Both the position numbers and the translations under genes were made by a program. The notes beneath the pieces were generated by a model. The model saw only the letters and a list, made by a program, of their open reading frames with translations. It was not told where the DNA came from and did not search any database. 64,000 nucleotides of DNA from Myxococcota bacterium (GTDB lineage Bacteria > Myxococcota_A > UBA9160 > UBA6930), in assembly GCA_965223705.1 (NCBI GenBank), contig OZ245015.1:576001-640000 (forward strand), in the 5' to 3' direction. Shown here piece after piece: positions 55,828-64,000 of the stretch; within the stretch, counting starts at the first letter, position 1; each line of letters starts with the position of its first letter.

Positions 55828-56417
55828 AACTTGACCTCGGGCGGCGTGTCGTCGACGCCCTCGCGCGGCGCGAACGTCGGTTTGGGATCCGCACCGATGA
55901 TCTTCGCGATGATGAGCGTCGGGAACGTACGCACGGTGGTGTTGTACGAGCGAACCGCATCGATGTAGCGACCGCGGGCGACGGTAATGCGGTTCTCCGT
56001 CCCCTCGAGCTGAGCCTGAAGATCGCGAAACGCCTCGCTCGCCGTCAGCGTGGGGTAGGCCTCGGCGACGGCGAACAGTCGAGATAGAGCACCGGACAGC
56101 TCACCCTGCGCGGCGAAGAAGTTCTCGATCGCAGCCGGGTCTTCCAGGAGCTCCGGTGTGATCTGGATCTGGGTGGCTTTCGACCGCGCCTCGACGACCG
56201 CTTCCAGGGTCTCGCGCTCGAACTCCGCGACACCTTTTACGGTGTTGACCAGGTTGGGGATCAGGTCGTCTCGCCGCTGGTACTGGTTGCCGACTTCGGA
56301 CCACGCTGCGCCCACTTGCTCGTCACTTGCCTGGATTTCGTTGTAGCCGCAGCCCTGCAACGAGAAGCTGGCGACCAAAAGGCCAAGCAGGGCGAATCGT
56401 TTCAGCGATCGATGCAC
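55824..56417 (-). CDS. lemA: LemA family protein
   Basis: GCGYN, YQRRDDLIPNLV, EAYPTL, QLEGTENRI. Confidence 0.93.
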   Translation of the reverse strand: MHRSLKRFALLGLLVASFSLQGCGYNEIQASDEQVGAAWSEVGNQYQRRDDLIPNLVNTVKGVAEFERETLEAVVEARSKATQIQITPELLEDPAAIENFFAAQGELSGALSRLFAVAEAYPTLTASEAFRDLQAQLEGTENRITVARGRYIDAVRSYNTTVRTFPTLIIAKIIGADPKPTFAPREGVDDTPPEVKF

Positions 56418-56498
56418 AGTAGAGATCCTCCAAAGACGCCCCAGCATACCCGATGGGGTCCGCTCAAGGGGCGCGACCGCGCAACCGTTAGATGGGAG

Positions 56499-56651
56499 GT
56501 GAAGGATTTGACTTGCCCGGTCTGTATGGCTGACGTTCCGCTCGCAGGCGACGAGCGCGCCGGTGATGAGGTGCTTTGCACCTACTGTGGCGCACCATTG
56601 AAGCTTCAAGGCGAACGAACCGACGACTGGGATCTCGAAGAAGACTTCTAG
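56499..56651 (+). CDS. Small acidic zinc-ribbon protein, LysW-like fold
   Basis: CPVC...GDEVLCTYCG...EEDF; GGAGG nearby (start 56499 or 56508). Confidence 0.65.
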   Translation: MKDLTCPVCMADVPLAGDERAGDEVLCTYCGAPLKLQGERTDDWDLEEDF

Positions 56652-56657
56652 ACGGGC

Positions 56658-57431
56658 CTACCCGACCGGGGGAACCGACAGCCCGCCGTCGACCGGCACG
56701 ACGTGCCCTGTCGTTAGCCCCGGACCTTCGATCAGCGAGAGAATCGCGGCGGCGACGTCCTCTGGATCGCAGACGCGCCCGAGTGGCGCGCGCGCTTCGT
56801 TCTTTTCCTTGACCTGCTCATAGACCTCTGCACCGAACCCTTCGCGAAGCCAGCGTCCGGTGATGAAGCCCGGCGCGACGGCGTTGACGCGGACCTCTGG
56901 CGCCAACACGCGCGACAATGTGAGGGTCAACATGTTGAGCGCCGCCTTGCTCGTGCAGTAGGGAATCGAGCTGCCGATGCCTTGGGTCCCCGCGATGCTC
57001 GACACCATGACGACCTCGCCGTCGCCCGATCGACGGAGCGCTTCGGCCGCGGCGCGCGTCATCTGAAACGGCCCCTTGAGATTGACGGACAAGATGCGAT
57101 CCCAGTCTTCGCTCGCGAGGCGGTCGAGCTGGTGATGGGGAACGAACGTCGTGGTGCCGGCGTTGTTGACGAGAATGTCGAGGCGTCCGAACCGATCGAG
57201 CGCGCGATCGACGAAGGCTCGGCACGCCGCATCGTCACCGACGTCGGCTCGCTCGGCGAACGCATCGACGCCGAGATCCGTCAGCTCCCGCACCGTCGAC
57301 TGCGCCTCCGCTTCCGAGCGGCTGTAGTTGATCGCGACGTTGGCGCCGCGCCGGGCGAGCGCCAGGGCGGTCGCGCGACCGACGCCGGTACCGCCACCGG
57401 TCACGATGGCCGCTTTCCCCCGAAGGTTCAC
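56658..57431 (-). CDS. Short-chain dehydrogenase/reductase
   Basis: TGGGTGVG, NNAG, YCTSK, VNAVAPG. Confidence 0.92.
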   Translation of the reverse strand: MNLRGKAAIVTGGGTGVGRATALALARRGANVAINYSRSEAEAQSTVRELTDLGVDAFAERADVGDDAACRAFVDRALDRFGRLDILVNNAGTTTFVPHHQLDRLASEDWDRILSVNLKGPFQMTRAAAEALRRSGDGEVVMVSSIAGTQGIGSSIPYCTSKAALNMLTLTLSRVLAPEVRVNAVAPGFITGRWLREGFGAEVYEQVKEKNEARAPLGRVCDPEDVAAAILSLIEGPGLTTGHVVPVDGGLSVPPVG

Positions 57432-57988
57432 GGCGATTCCCCGTAGATCGGCAAACGGGTGATGTCGGCCAAGTTCGGTGCTTCGCGGTCCTTGTCGGAG
57501 AGGATCGGCGATTCGATAGGCCAGGCGATTCCGATCGCCGGATCGTTCCAAGCGACGGCGATCTCATCGCCGGCGTTGTAGAGCGCGCTGCACTTGTACT
57601 CGACGTCGGCGCGCTCCGAGAGAACGCAGAACCCGTGGGCAAAGCCCGGAGGCATGTAGAGCTGCGCCCGATTCGTCTCCGAGAGGGTTGCACCGACCCA
57701 GCGCCCGAAGTGCGGAGAACCGCTTCGAATGTCGACCGCTACGTCGAACACCTCGCCTACCGGTACCCGAACGAGCTTCGCCTGGGCGTGGAGAATTTGA
57801 GCATGGAGCCCGCGAAGGACGCCGCGTTCGGACTGGGAGTGGTTGTCCTGCACGAAGTCCGTATCGATACCGACGTCTTCGTACTTTCCGCGGTGATACG
57901 TCTCGAGAAAAAAGCCTCGATCGTCCCGAAAGACGTCGGGCTCGATGAGAAACACGCCGGGAATGTCGAGTTCGCGAAACTTCGGCAC
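57428..57988 (-). CDS. rfbC: dTDP-4-dehydrorhamnose 3,5-epimerase
   Basis: DDRGFF, VQDNHS, LRGLH, DVAVDIR.GSP.FG, GFAHGF. Confidence 0.95.
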   Translation of the reverse strand: MPKFRELDIPGVFLIEPDVFRDDRGFFLETYHRGKYEDVGIDTDFVQDNHSQSERGVLRGLHAQILHAQAKLVRVPVGEVFDVAVDIRSGSPHFGRWVGATLSETNRAQLYMPPGFAHGFCVLSERADVEYKCSALYNAGDEIAVAWNDPAIGIAWPIESPILSDKDREAPNLADITRLPIYGESP

Positions 57989-58890
57989 TAGACGCGACCT
58001 CCGGGTTTCGGCGAAGCGGGTCCCTCTTCTCGGGAAATGCGGAGGAGCTCTTGCCCGTACAGGCTGTTCTCGAGCCGCCGTCCACGCTCCGCGAGTGCGT
58101 CGCGGCCGATGTAGCCCATGCGGAACGCGATCTCCTCGACGCACGCGACCATCAGACCCTGACGCTCTTGCATCGTCTGGATGAAGTTCGAGGCCTGGAG
58201 GAGGCTCTCTTGGGTTCCGGTGTCGAGCCAAGCGACGCCACGACCGAGTTTCTCGACGCGCAGCTCCCCGAGTTCCAAGTACGCGCGATTCACGTCGGTG
58301 ATCTCGAGTTCGCCGCGGGCGGACGGTTGCAGCTCGCCGGCGATATCCGTGACGCGACGGTCGTAGAAATACAGACCGGTCACGGCATAGTTCGAGCGCG
58401 GCGCGCTCGGTTTTTCCTCGATATCGACTGCCCGTCCGTCTGCATCGAAAGAAACGACGCCGTAGCGTTCGGGGTCTTTCACCCAGTAGCCGAACACCGT
58501 CGCGCCTTTGCTCTGACCCGCAGCGCGCTGGAGTATCTCGGGCATCCCGTGCCCGAAAAACACGTTGTCACCCAAGGCGAGAGCGGCAGAACCTCCGCCG
58601 AGAAACCGCCGTCCGATGAGAAACGCCTGAGCAATCCCTTCGGGACGTTCCTGTGACGCGTATTCGATGTGGATGCCCAGATGCTTTCCGTCGCCGAGCA
58701 AGCGCTCGAAAGCGGGGAGGTCGACGGGCGTCGAGATCAGCAGGATGTCGCGAATGCCCGCGAGCATCAGGGTGGAGAGCGGGTAATAGATGAGGGGCTT
58801 GTCGTAGATCGGCAGGAGCTGCTTGCACACGCCGTGGGTGATCGGCGCGAGCCGCGACCCCGAACCGCCTGCGAGAAGGATCCCCTTCAT
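57988..58890 (-). CDS. rfbA: Glucose-1-phosphate thymidylyltransferase
   Basis: [38 protein letters not shown]. Confidence 0.96.
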   Translation of the reverse strand: MKGILLAGGSGSRLAPITHGVCKQLLPIYDKPLIYYPLSTLMLAGIRDILLISTPVDLPAFERLLGDGKHLGIHIEYASQERPEGIAQAFLIGRRFLGGGSAALALGDNVFFGHGMPEILQRAAGQSKGATVFGYWVKDPERYGVVSFDADGRAVDIEEKPSAPRSNYAVTGLYFYDRRVTDIAGELQPSARGELEITDVNRAYLELGELRVEKLGRGVAWLDTGTQESLLQASNFIQTMQERQGLMVACVEEIAFRMGYIGRDALAERGRRLENSLYGQELLRISREEGPASPKPGGRV

Positions 58891-60062
58891 CAGGGGAGAA
58901 ACCTGGCCGTCTGGGCGAGCTTCTGCGGCAAGTACTCGTCGATCACGTAGTTGAGTCCCCACTTTGCGAGCGCCTGCTGCTCGGCGCGGACGCCCATCTT
59001 GAGTAGATCATTGAGCGCTTTCTGCCACGGTTTGTGGGTCTTGAAGAAAGGATCGTTCTTCAGAGCGTCTTTCGCGCGCTTGATGTCGACGTCGAGGAGC
59101 GGGTGGGTCGGTAGGTCGTACTGCCGGATATCGGCTGGAGTCACGCCGAGAAAACGCGCCTGGGGGACGCAGAAGAACTGCGACAGATGGGCGGCGTTGC
59201 CCGAGCCGACCTTGAGCGTTCGGTAGATGTTGGAGATCCCGTAGGGATCGCAATCGACGAAGGCGTAGACGGGGAGCTTGCACTCATCGGAAAGCTTGCG
59301 GATGAAGCGGCGCGTCGCCCGGGTCGGGACGCCGGCCATCGACACGAGAATGCAATCGGCGCTCTGCCAGTACTTGTGATTCTGCAGCCGCTGGAAGATG
59401 CCGCCCGTCTCGATCGCCAAGATGAACTTCGCGTCGGTCTCAAACGAGAGATGTTCCACCGACGAGGGGATCGAGTACGCCCCGGAGCCGAAGCGCGTGC
59501 AGTCGATACGTTCGACCTCGCCGGTATCGCGATCGGGGTCGAGAACGATGAGCTGGCCGGCGACAGCACCGCCGTGTTCGTCCGGAACGAAGCGAAGTTG
59601 CTCTCGCGATACGCCGCGCGTCGAGAACAGCGCCTCGATGTCGTCCATCACCGCGTCCGACTCGGTCTGTTCGTCAAAGCGCGCTTCTTCCCAGTTCTTG
59701 CTCTGGTAGTACGCGTCTCGCTTCGTCGCGAAATCGTTCGTTTCGACGAGTTCCTTCGAGAGCCCCATCATCCGCAGCGTCTGGGCGAACCCCTTGACGG
59801 TGTTCACGGTCAGGGTGCGCGTCTTTCGCTGCTTGCCGATTTCGAAATAGCCGCGCTTTTCGGAATACGACACGTTCCCGAGGGATCGCACCGGGAAGGA
59901 GAGATCGGGCTTCTTCCTCTTGCCGATCACACCGTGGATGTTCTTCGCGGTGTCGACAATGGCGCCGACGGTCGCGGCGTCCTGCTCTGCATTGTGCTTC
60001 GCCGCTTTCGACGTGGTCTTCTTCTTCACGGCTTTCTTTGTGGCTTTTTTGCGGGCGGCCAT
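58890..60062 (-). CDS. top6A: DNA topoisomerase VI subunit A (Spo11-like)
   Basis: [41 protein letters not shown]. Confidence 0.93.
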   Translation of the reverse strand: MAARKKATKKAVKKKTTSKAAKHNAEQDAATVGAIVDTAKNIHGVIGKRKKPDLSFPVRSLGNVSYSEKRGYFEIGKQRKTRTLTVNTVKGFAQTLRMMGLSKELVETNDFATKRDAYYQSKNWEEARFDEQTESDAVMDDIEALFSTRGVSREQLRFVPDEHGGAVAGQLIVLDPDRDTGEVERIDCTRFGSGAYSIPSSVEHLSFETDAKFILAIETGGIFQRLQNHKYWQSADCILVSMAGVPTRATRRFIRKLSDECKLPVYAFVDCDPYGISNIYRTLKVGSGNAAHLSQFFCVPQARFLGVTPADIRQYDLPTHPLLDVDIKRAKDALKNDPFFKTHKPWQKALNDLLKMGVRAEQQALAKWGLNYVIDEYLPQKLAQTARFLP

Positions 60063-60069
60063 CGGTTTC

Positions 60070-61812
60070 CTAGTTGTTGCGGCTGCGTTCGAGGACGTCG
60101 GAGAGGTCTTCGACCACGCGGTTCCGATCTTTGTCGGAAAAGCCGAGAATTTGTTGGAGCCCCACGGCGACCTGGGGGATGTATTTCTCGATATACGCGC
60201 GCTTCTTCGCTTCGTCGGCGGCGCGCCGCCGCTTGCGAATATGGGTCGCGACACGCCGGCCGCACTCTTGCAGCGCGAGCCGGATTTCCTTGATGATCTC
60301 GGGATAGTGCGCGATGGCTTCCTTGCTCTCAGAAGTAAACGGAACCCATACGCTCGCGATGTGCACCATCAAGAGGAGCGGCCCGATCGGCAACGCACCG
60401 CGCGGTTGTTGCATCTGGTAGGACTTCCAATCGGTTCCGGTCACGGCTTTCGTGATCGCACACGCACCCTGCTGGTATTGCAGGGGGACGCGGTTCGCGA
60501 AGCGGTAGACCGTCGCGCTGTCCTCGGCGGACATACTTCCACCGTACGCGAGACCGACCTCGACGGCGAACGGATTGCCGCGGTACACCGTCGGGCGTCG
60601 GGTCACCGAAGCGTAAAAATCCGCCTGGACTTCGGCGCGCATCGCCCGCTCGATGAGCTCTTCTCCGATCGGCGCGATGCAGTCCGTCGGCGGCGCCATG
60701 ATCTTGGTCTTGGCGATCGCTTTGTGGATGCTTTCCGCTTCTTCGCGCGTGATTTCCTTCGGCCGGCGGCTCGTCGCGACCTTCGCGGTCTTCGAGATTT
60801 CGTCGGCGATTCTCGCCGAGACGCGAGAGAAATCCGTCGTCAGACAGCCCCGCAGATTTCGGGACGTCGTGTCGCGGAACATCTGCATCAGCACGCCGAG
60901 TTCGACGCCGTAGGGGTGGGGTTTGATCTCCTCCGTCTCCGGCGGCAGCTCGTCGGTGACGCGCGGAAATTCGATCGGAGAGGTCGCGTTGTCTCCCGAC
61001 GCGGGTGGCTTGAACGTGATCTGCGCGTGTGGGTTCGCCAGTGAGATCTGGCGGATGTACGCGTCGACCGAATGCTGACCGCCGCGGTACGCCCCCTCGA
61101 GCTCGATCTCGACACGGGTTCCGTGCGAAACATCCCACTCGACTTCTTCGTCGCGTTTCACACGCGGCTCATTGGTCTTGGTGTCGATGACGAGCTCGAA
61201 TTGGTGGGCCGGCTTTTTCGCGCCGGTGCGCGTGACGATCGAAACGGGCTTCCCGGTGGTCAGCAAGCCGTACATGCCCGCAGCGCTGATGCCGATGCCC
61301 TGTTGCCCGCGGCTCTGCCTCAAGCGGTGGAACTTCGATCCGTAGAGGAGTCGACCGAAGATCTTCGGGACCTGGGCGCGGACGATCCCCGGCCCGTTGT
61401 CCTCGATCACGACGCGGAACCGCGTCTCTCCCTGCTGGTGAATCTCGACGCCGATCTCCGGAACGATTCCGGCTTCCTCGCACGCGTCGAGAGCGTTGTC
61501 GACGCCTTCCTTCACGGTCGTCAAGAGGGCCTTCGAAGGGTTGTCGAAGCCCAAGAGATGTCGGTTCTTCGCGAAGAACTCGGAAACCGAGATGTCGCGC
61601 TGTCCACGCGCGAGGTCCGCCGCACTCGCCCGGGAGCGTGTTTTCGGCTTCTTGCCCGAAGGGGCGTCGGCTTGGCTTCGAGACGCCTTCGTCTTTTTCT
61701 TGGGTGCCGCTTTTTTCGGCGCCGCGCGTTTGCGCCCGGTGCCCCCCGAAGAGGAGCGTGCAGCCGCCTCGGCCGGAGCCGCGGCGAAATCAAAGGCGTC
61801 TTGTTCGCCCAT
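60070..61812 (-). CDS. top6B: DNA topoisomerase VI subunit B
   Basis: SEFFAKNRHLLGF, KEGVDNALDA, EDNGPGI, QSRGQQGIG, RFANRVPL, VPFTSESKEA. Confidence 0.95.
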   Translation of the reverse strand: MGEQDAFDFAAAPAEAAARSSSGGTGRKRAAPKKAAPKKKTKASRSQADAPSGKKPKTRSRASAADLARGQRDISVSEFFAKNRHLLGFDNPSKALLTTVKEGVDNALDACEEAGIVPEIGVEIHQQGETRFRVVIEDNGPGIVRAQVPKIFGRLLYGSKFHRLRQSRGQQGIGISAAGMYGLLTTGKPVSIVTRTGAKKPAHQFELVIDTKTNEPRVKRDEEVEWDVSHGTRVEIELEGAYRGGQHSVDAYIRQISLANPHAQITFKPPASGDNATSPIEFPRVTDELPPETEEIKPHPYGVELGVLMQMFRDTTSRNLRGCLTTDFSRVSARIADEISKTAKVATSRRPKEITREEAESIHKAIAKTKIMAPPTDCIAPIGEELIERAMRAEVQADFYASVTRRPTVYRGNPFAVEVGLAYGGSMSAEDSATVYRFANRVPLQYQQGACAITKAVTGTDWKSYQMQQPRGALPIGPLLLMVHIASVWVPFTSESKEAIAHYPEIIKEIRLALQECGRRVATHIRKRRRAADEAKKRAYIEKYIPQVAVGLQQILGFSDKDRNRVVEDLSDVLERSRNN

Positions 61813-61876
61813 CTGGGTTCAACCCTCCCACCGAGGCGGGATGATCCCCGCGGCCTTTTTCCGGGTCAAGGACCCG

Positions 61877-62065
61877 CTAGGCGGCGTCGGGAAGGGGGCG
61901 AGAAAGGAGCCTGACCTGGCCGCTACCGAGGAGCGAGAGGACCGTCGCCAACACCTCTTCCTCGGTGTCTGCGACCGAATCGACGGCTTCGACGAGCGCC
62001 AGCAAGGTCGTTTCGACGCAGTCCGCGGGGAAGGTTCGGGGGAGGGGGTAATCGTAGACAGACAT
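61877..62065 (-). CDS. Small hypothetical protein (62 aa)
   Basis: AGGAG RBS; TTLLALVEAV...EVLATVLSLL.SGQVRL; sigma54-like promoter upstream. Confidence 0.6.
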   Translation of the reverse strand: MSVYDYPLPRTFPADCVETTLLALVEAVDSVADTEEEVLATVLSLLGSGQVRLLSRPLPDAA

Positions 62066-62105
62066 CAGGGACGTTCTCCTAGAGAATGGGTACCCGGAAA
62101 CGGTC

Positions 62106-62122
62106 AGCAGGTTCCGTGCCAA
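62106..62122 (-). promoter_or_regulatory. Sigma54-type -24/-12 promoter
   Basis: TTGGCAC-GGAAC-CTGCT on minus strand. Confidence 0.6.
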
Positions 62123-62238
62123 ATCGCCTCAGCGTTCGCATTTTCAAGTAGAAATCAGCAAAAACAGACACTTACGCGCTCTCTGGGGCTCGCGTTACCC
62201 GTTGGTGGCGTCAACGTCACCGACCGCGGCGCCAGTTC

Positions 62239-63765
62239 TCAGACGGTTCCTACACCAGACCATTCACTCCGGAGTCCGAGCGCTTCCGCGACCGAGGTCC
62301 GATCCACACGCTCATGCTCGGCGAGATCGGCCGCCGTGCGCGCGACCCGCATCGCACGGTGCACACCGCGGGCGGAGAGGCCGAACTGATCGACCGCCCG
62401 CTGGAAGAGGCGGTTCGCTTCGTCCGTCGGCGCGCAGTGCTCGGCCAGGGCGCCGCCCGGCAGCTCGACGTTGAGGCAGCCCTGTCGGGCGAGCTGTCGC
62501 CGGCGGACTTCGGCGACCCGTCGGCGGACCGATTCGGAAGATTCGCCGCGGGAGGTCCCATCGAGGTCGGAAAAGCTCACCTCGGGCATGCGCAGGTGGA
62601 GATCGATGCGGTCGAGGAGCGGTCCCGAGATTCGCGCCGCGTAGCGGGCGACCGTCGCGTCATCGCATCGACAGTCCCGACGTTTCGAGAGCCGCCAACC
62701 GCAGGGACATGGATTCGCCGCCGCGACGAGTTGGCAAGACGCCGGGAATTCCGTCCGCCCGGCCGCGCGCGCCAAGACGACGCGCCTCTCCTCGAGCACT
62801 TGCCGCAGTCCCTGGAGCGAACGTCGATCGAATTCAGCCAGCTCGTCGAGGAACAAGACGCCTCGGTGGGCGAGGGAGACTTCGCCGGGTCGAATCGGGC
62901 GCCCGCCGCCGAACAACCCCGCCGCGGTCGTACCGTGGTGTGGGGCTCGAAAGGGCCGCTGCCGGGGCAAGCTCGCCACCGAGGGTGAAGCCGTCGCCCC
63001 ATGGATCCGAGCGACTTCGAGTGCTTCGTCGGGGAGGAGCGGCGGAAGCAGCCCGGGAAGCCTCGATGCGAGAAGCGTCTTCCCGACGCCGGGCGGTCCG
63101 CTGAGAAGTAAGCCATGCCCACCGGCTGCGGCGAGAAGCAGCGCGCGTTTGGCAGCTTCCTGGCCTCGGACGTCGCGCAAGTCCGGCGCGTCGATCGGCT
63201 CGGTCGGCGGGGCGGGCTCGGCGCGAGGCAATTCGGCCTGCCCGCGCAACGCCGCGATGAGTTCGGCGAGTCCGGAACAGGTCCGCACGTCGAGTCGTGG
63301 GGAGAGTGCGGCTTCGGCTCCGTTCGGGGTCGGTACCACCACCTGCCGGATTCCGGCTCGGCGCGCGCCGTCGGCTGCCGCCAACGCCCCGCGGATCGGC
63401 CGCACGCGTCCATCGAGCGCGAGCTCTCCCAGCAGCGCGAGCTCTGATGCGGAGCCTGGCGGAAGGCTCCCGGCGGACTCGAGGATCGCCACCGCGATCG
63501 GGAGATCGAGGGTGCCCCCTGTCTTGCGGATTTCGGCCGGAGCGAGATTCACGGTGACGCGCCGGTCCGGGAACCGTTCGCCGGTGGAAGCGATCGCGGC
63601 GCGAACTCGAGCCACACTTTCGCGAACGGCCGCCTCGGGCAACCCGACGATGTCGACTCGAGGGAGTTGGGAAGAGATACGGACTTCGACTTCGACGACC
63701 AGGCCGTCGATACCCGATACGACGATGCCGAGCGTCTTGGCGACGGTTTCCAAAGGTTGCCCCAA
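62239..63765 (-). CDS. comM: YifB/ComM family Mg-chelatase-like AAA+ ATPase
   Basis: VGLPEAAVRES, NLAPA, DLPIA, GPPGVGKT, RPFRAPHH, PGEVSLAHRGVLFLDE, NPCPCG; start approximate. Confidence 0.9.
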   Translation of the reverse strand: MGQPLETVAKTLGIVVSGIDGLVVEVEVRISSQLPRVDIVGLPEAAVRESVARVRAAIASTGERFPDRRVTVNLAPAEIRKTGGTLDLPIAVAILESAGSLPPGSASELALLGELALDGRVRPIRGALAAADGARRAGIRQVVVPTPNGAEAALSPRLDVRTCSGLAELIAALRGQAELPRAEPAPPTEPIDAPDLRDVRGQEAAKRALLLAAAGGHGLLLSGPPGVGKTLLASRLPGLLPPLLPDEALEVARIHGATASPSVASLPRQRPFRAPHHGTTAAGLFGGGRPIRPGEVSLAHRGVLFLDELAEFDRRSLQGLRQVLEERRVVLARAAGRTEFPASCQLVAAANPCPCGWRLSKRRDCRCDDATVARYAARISGPLLDRIDLHLRMPEVSFSDLDGTSRGESSESVRRRVAEVRRRQLARQGCLNVELPGGALAEHCAPTDEANRLFQRAVDQFGLSARGVHRAMRVARTAADLAEHERVDRTSVAEALGLRSEWSGVGTV

Positions 63766-63876
63766 GCCGGGACCGGTTGGGGATGTCAGAAGGTCGCAAA
63801 CCCCGGGGCATACCGCTTCGCGAAATGGCTATGTTTTTCGGCGACGGGGGATCGACTGAAAAAGAGCCATCGATCG

Positions 63877-64000
63877 GTGTGTTCGCGCGACGGTCGCGGG
63901 TCCGTAGTCCGCCCGTGCGCTCTCTTCGGCGCAGCCCTGTGGTTGTTGTCCTGCGCCGGTGCGCCCGAGCCCCCGCCGCGCGTCGAGCCCGCGCCGAGGC
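63877..64000 (+). CDS. Possible lipoprotein N-terminus, truncated by window end
   Basis: ALFGAALWLLSC lipobox followed by Pro-rich linker. Confidence 0.4.
   Translation, partial: MCSRDGRGSVVRPCALFGAALWLLSCAGAPEPPPRVEPAPR

Noticed and set aside
58890..60062. Wadjet JetD or other defence Toprim protein
   Set aside because: Adjacent full top6B and canonical Top6A motifs; no SMC/jetABC genes

Overview
GC-rich bacterial DNA, densely coding, with no rRNA, tRNA, CRISPR array or transposase seen. Gene content (PEP-CTERM protein, topoisomerase VI, many SDR/crotonase/F420-LLM enzymes) suggests a Myxococcota/deltaproteobacteria-like organism (inference). Most of the window is ordinary metabolism and cell-envelope biology. 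The standout is a ~15 kb locus (about 5.7-21.1 kb). It holds five tandem paralogous small secreted proteins, each built from two ~37-aa beta-rich repeats plus a C-terminal Cys pair and each with its own promoter, 5' hairpin and terminator. These are followed by a CsgG/HfaB-like outer-membrane lipoprotein fused to peptidoglycan-binding and DUF4384-like domains, an OmpA-domain protein, two exported C14 caspase-like proteases, an autotransporter-type beta-barrel and an antisense-embedded lipoprotein hydrolase. An atypical ECF sigma factor and a zinc anti-sigma lie divergently. I found ten copies of one ECF-type promoter motif (GTGATCC-N16-CGACT) by eye, all within this locus. I interpret it as a candidate undescribed curli/Fap-like surface-fibre secretion system under caspase/ECF control (inference). 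Also notable: a ~130-bp repeated element with covarying stems, a shared palindromic operator before a sigma70 gene and a YbjT-like gene, a Fur-box-like palindrome before an FMN-binding operon, a pentaheme cytochrome/porin pair, an Lpp/OprI plus L,D-transpeptidase operon, a variant AST arginine cluster, and top6BA coupled to rfbAC. All family calls come from motif recognition, not database searches.
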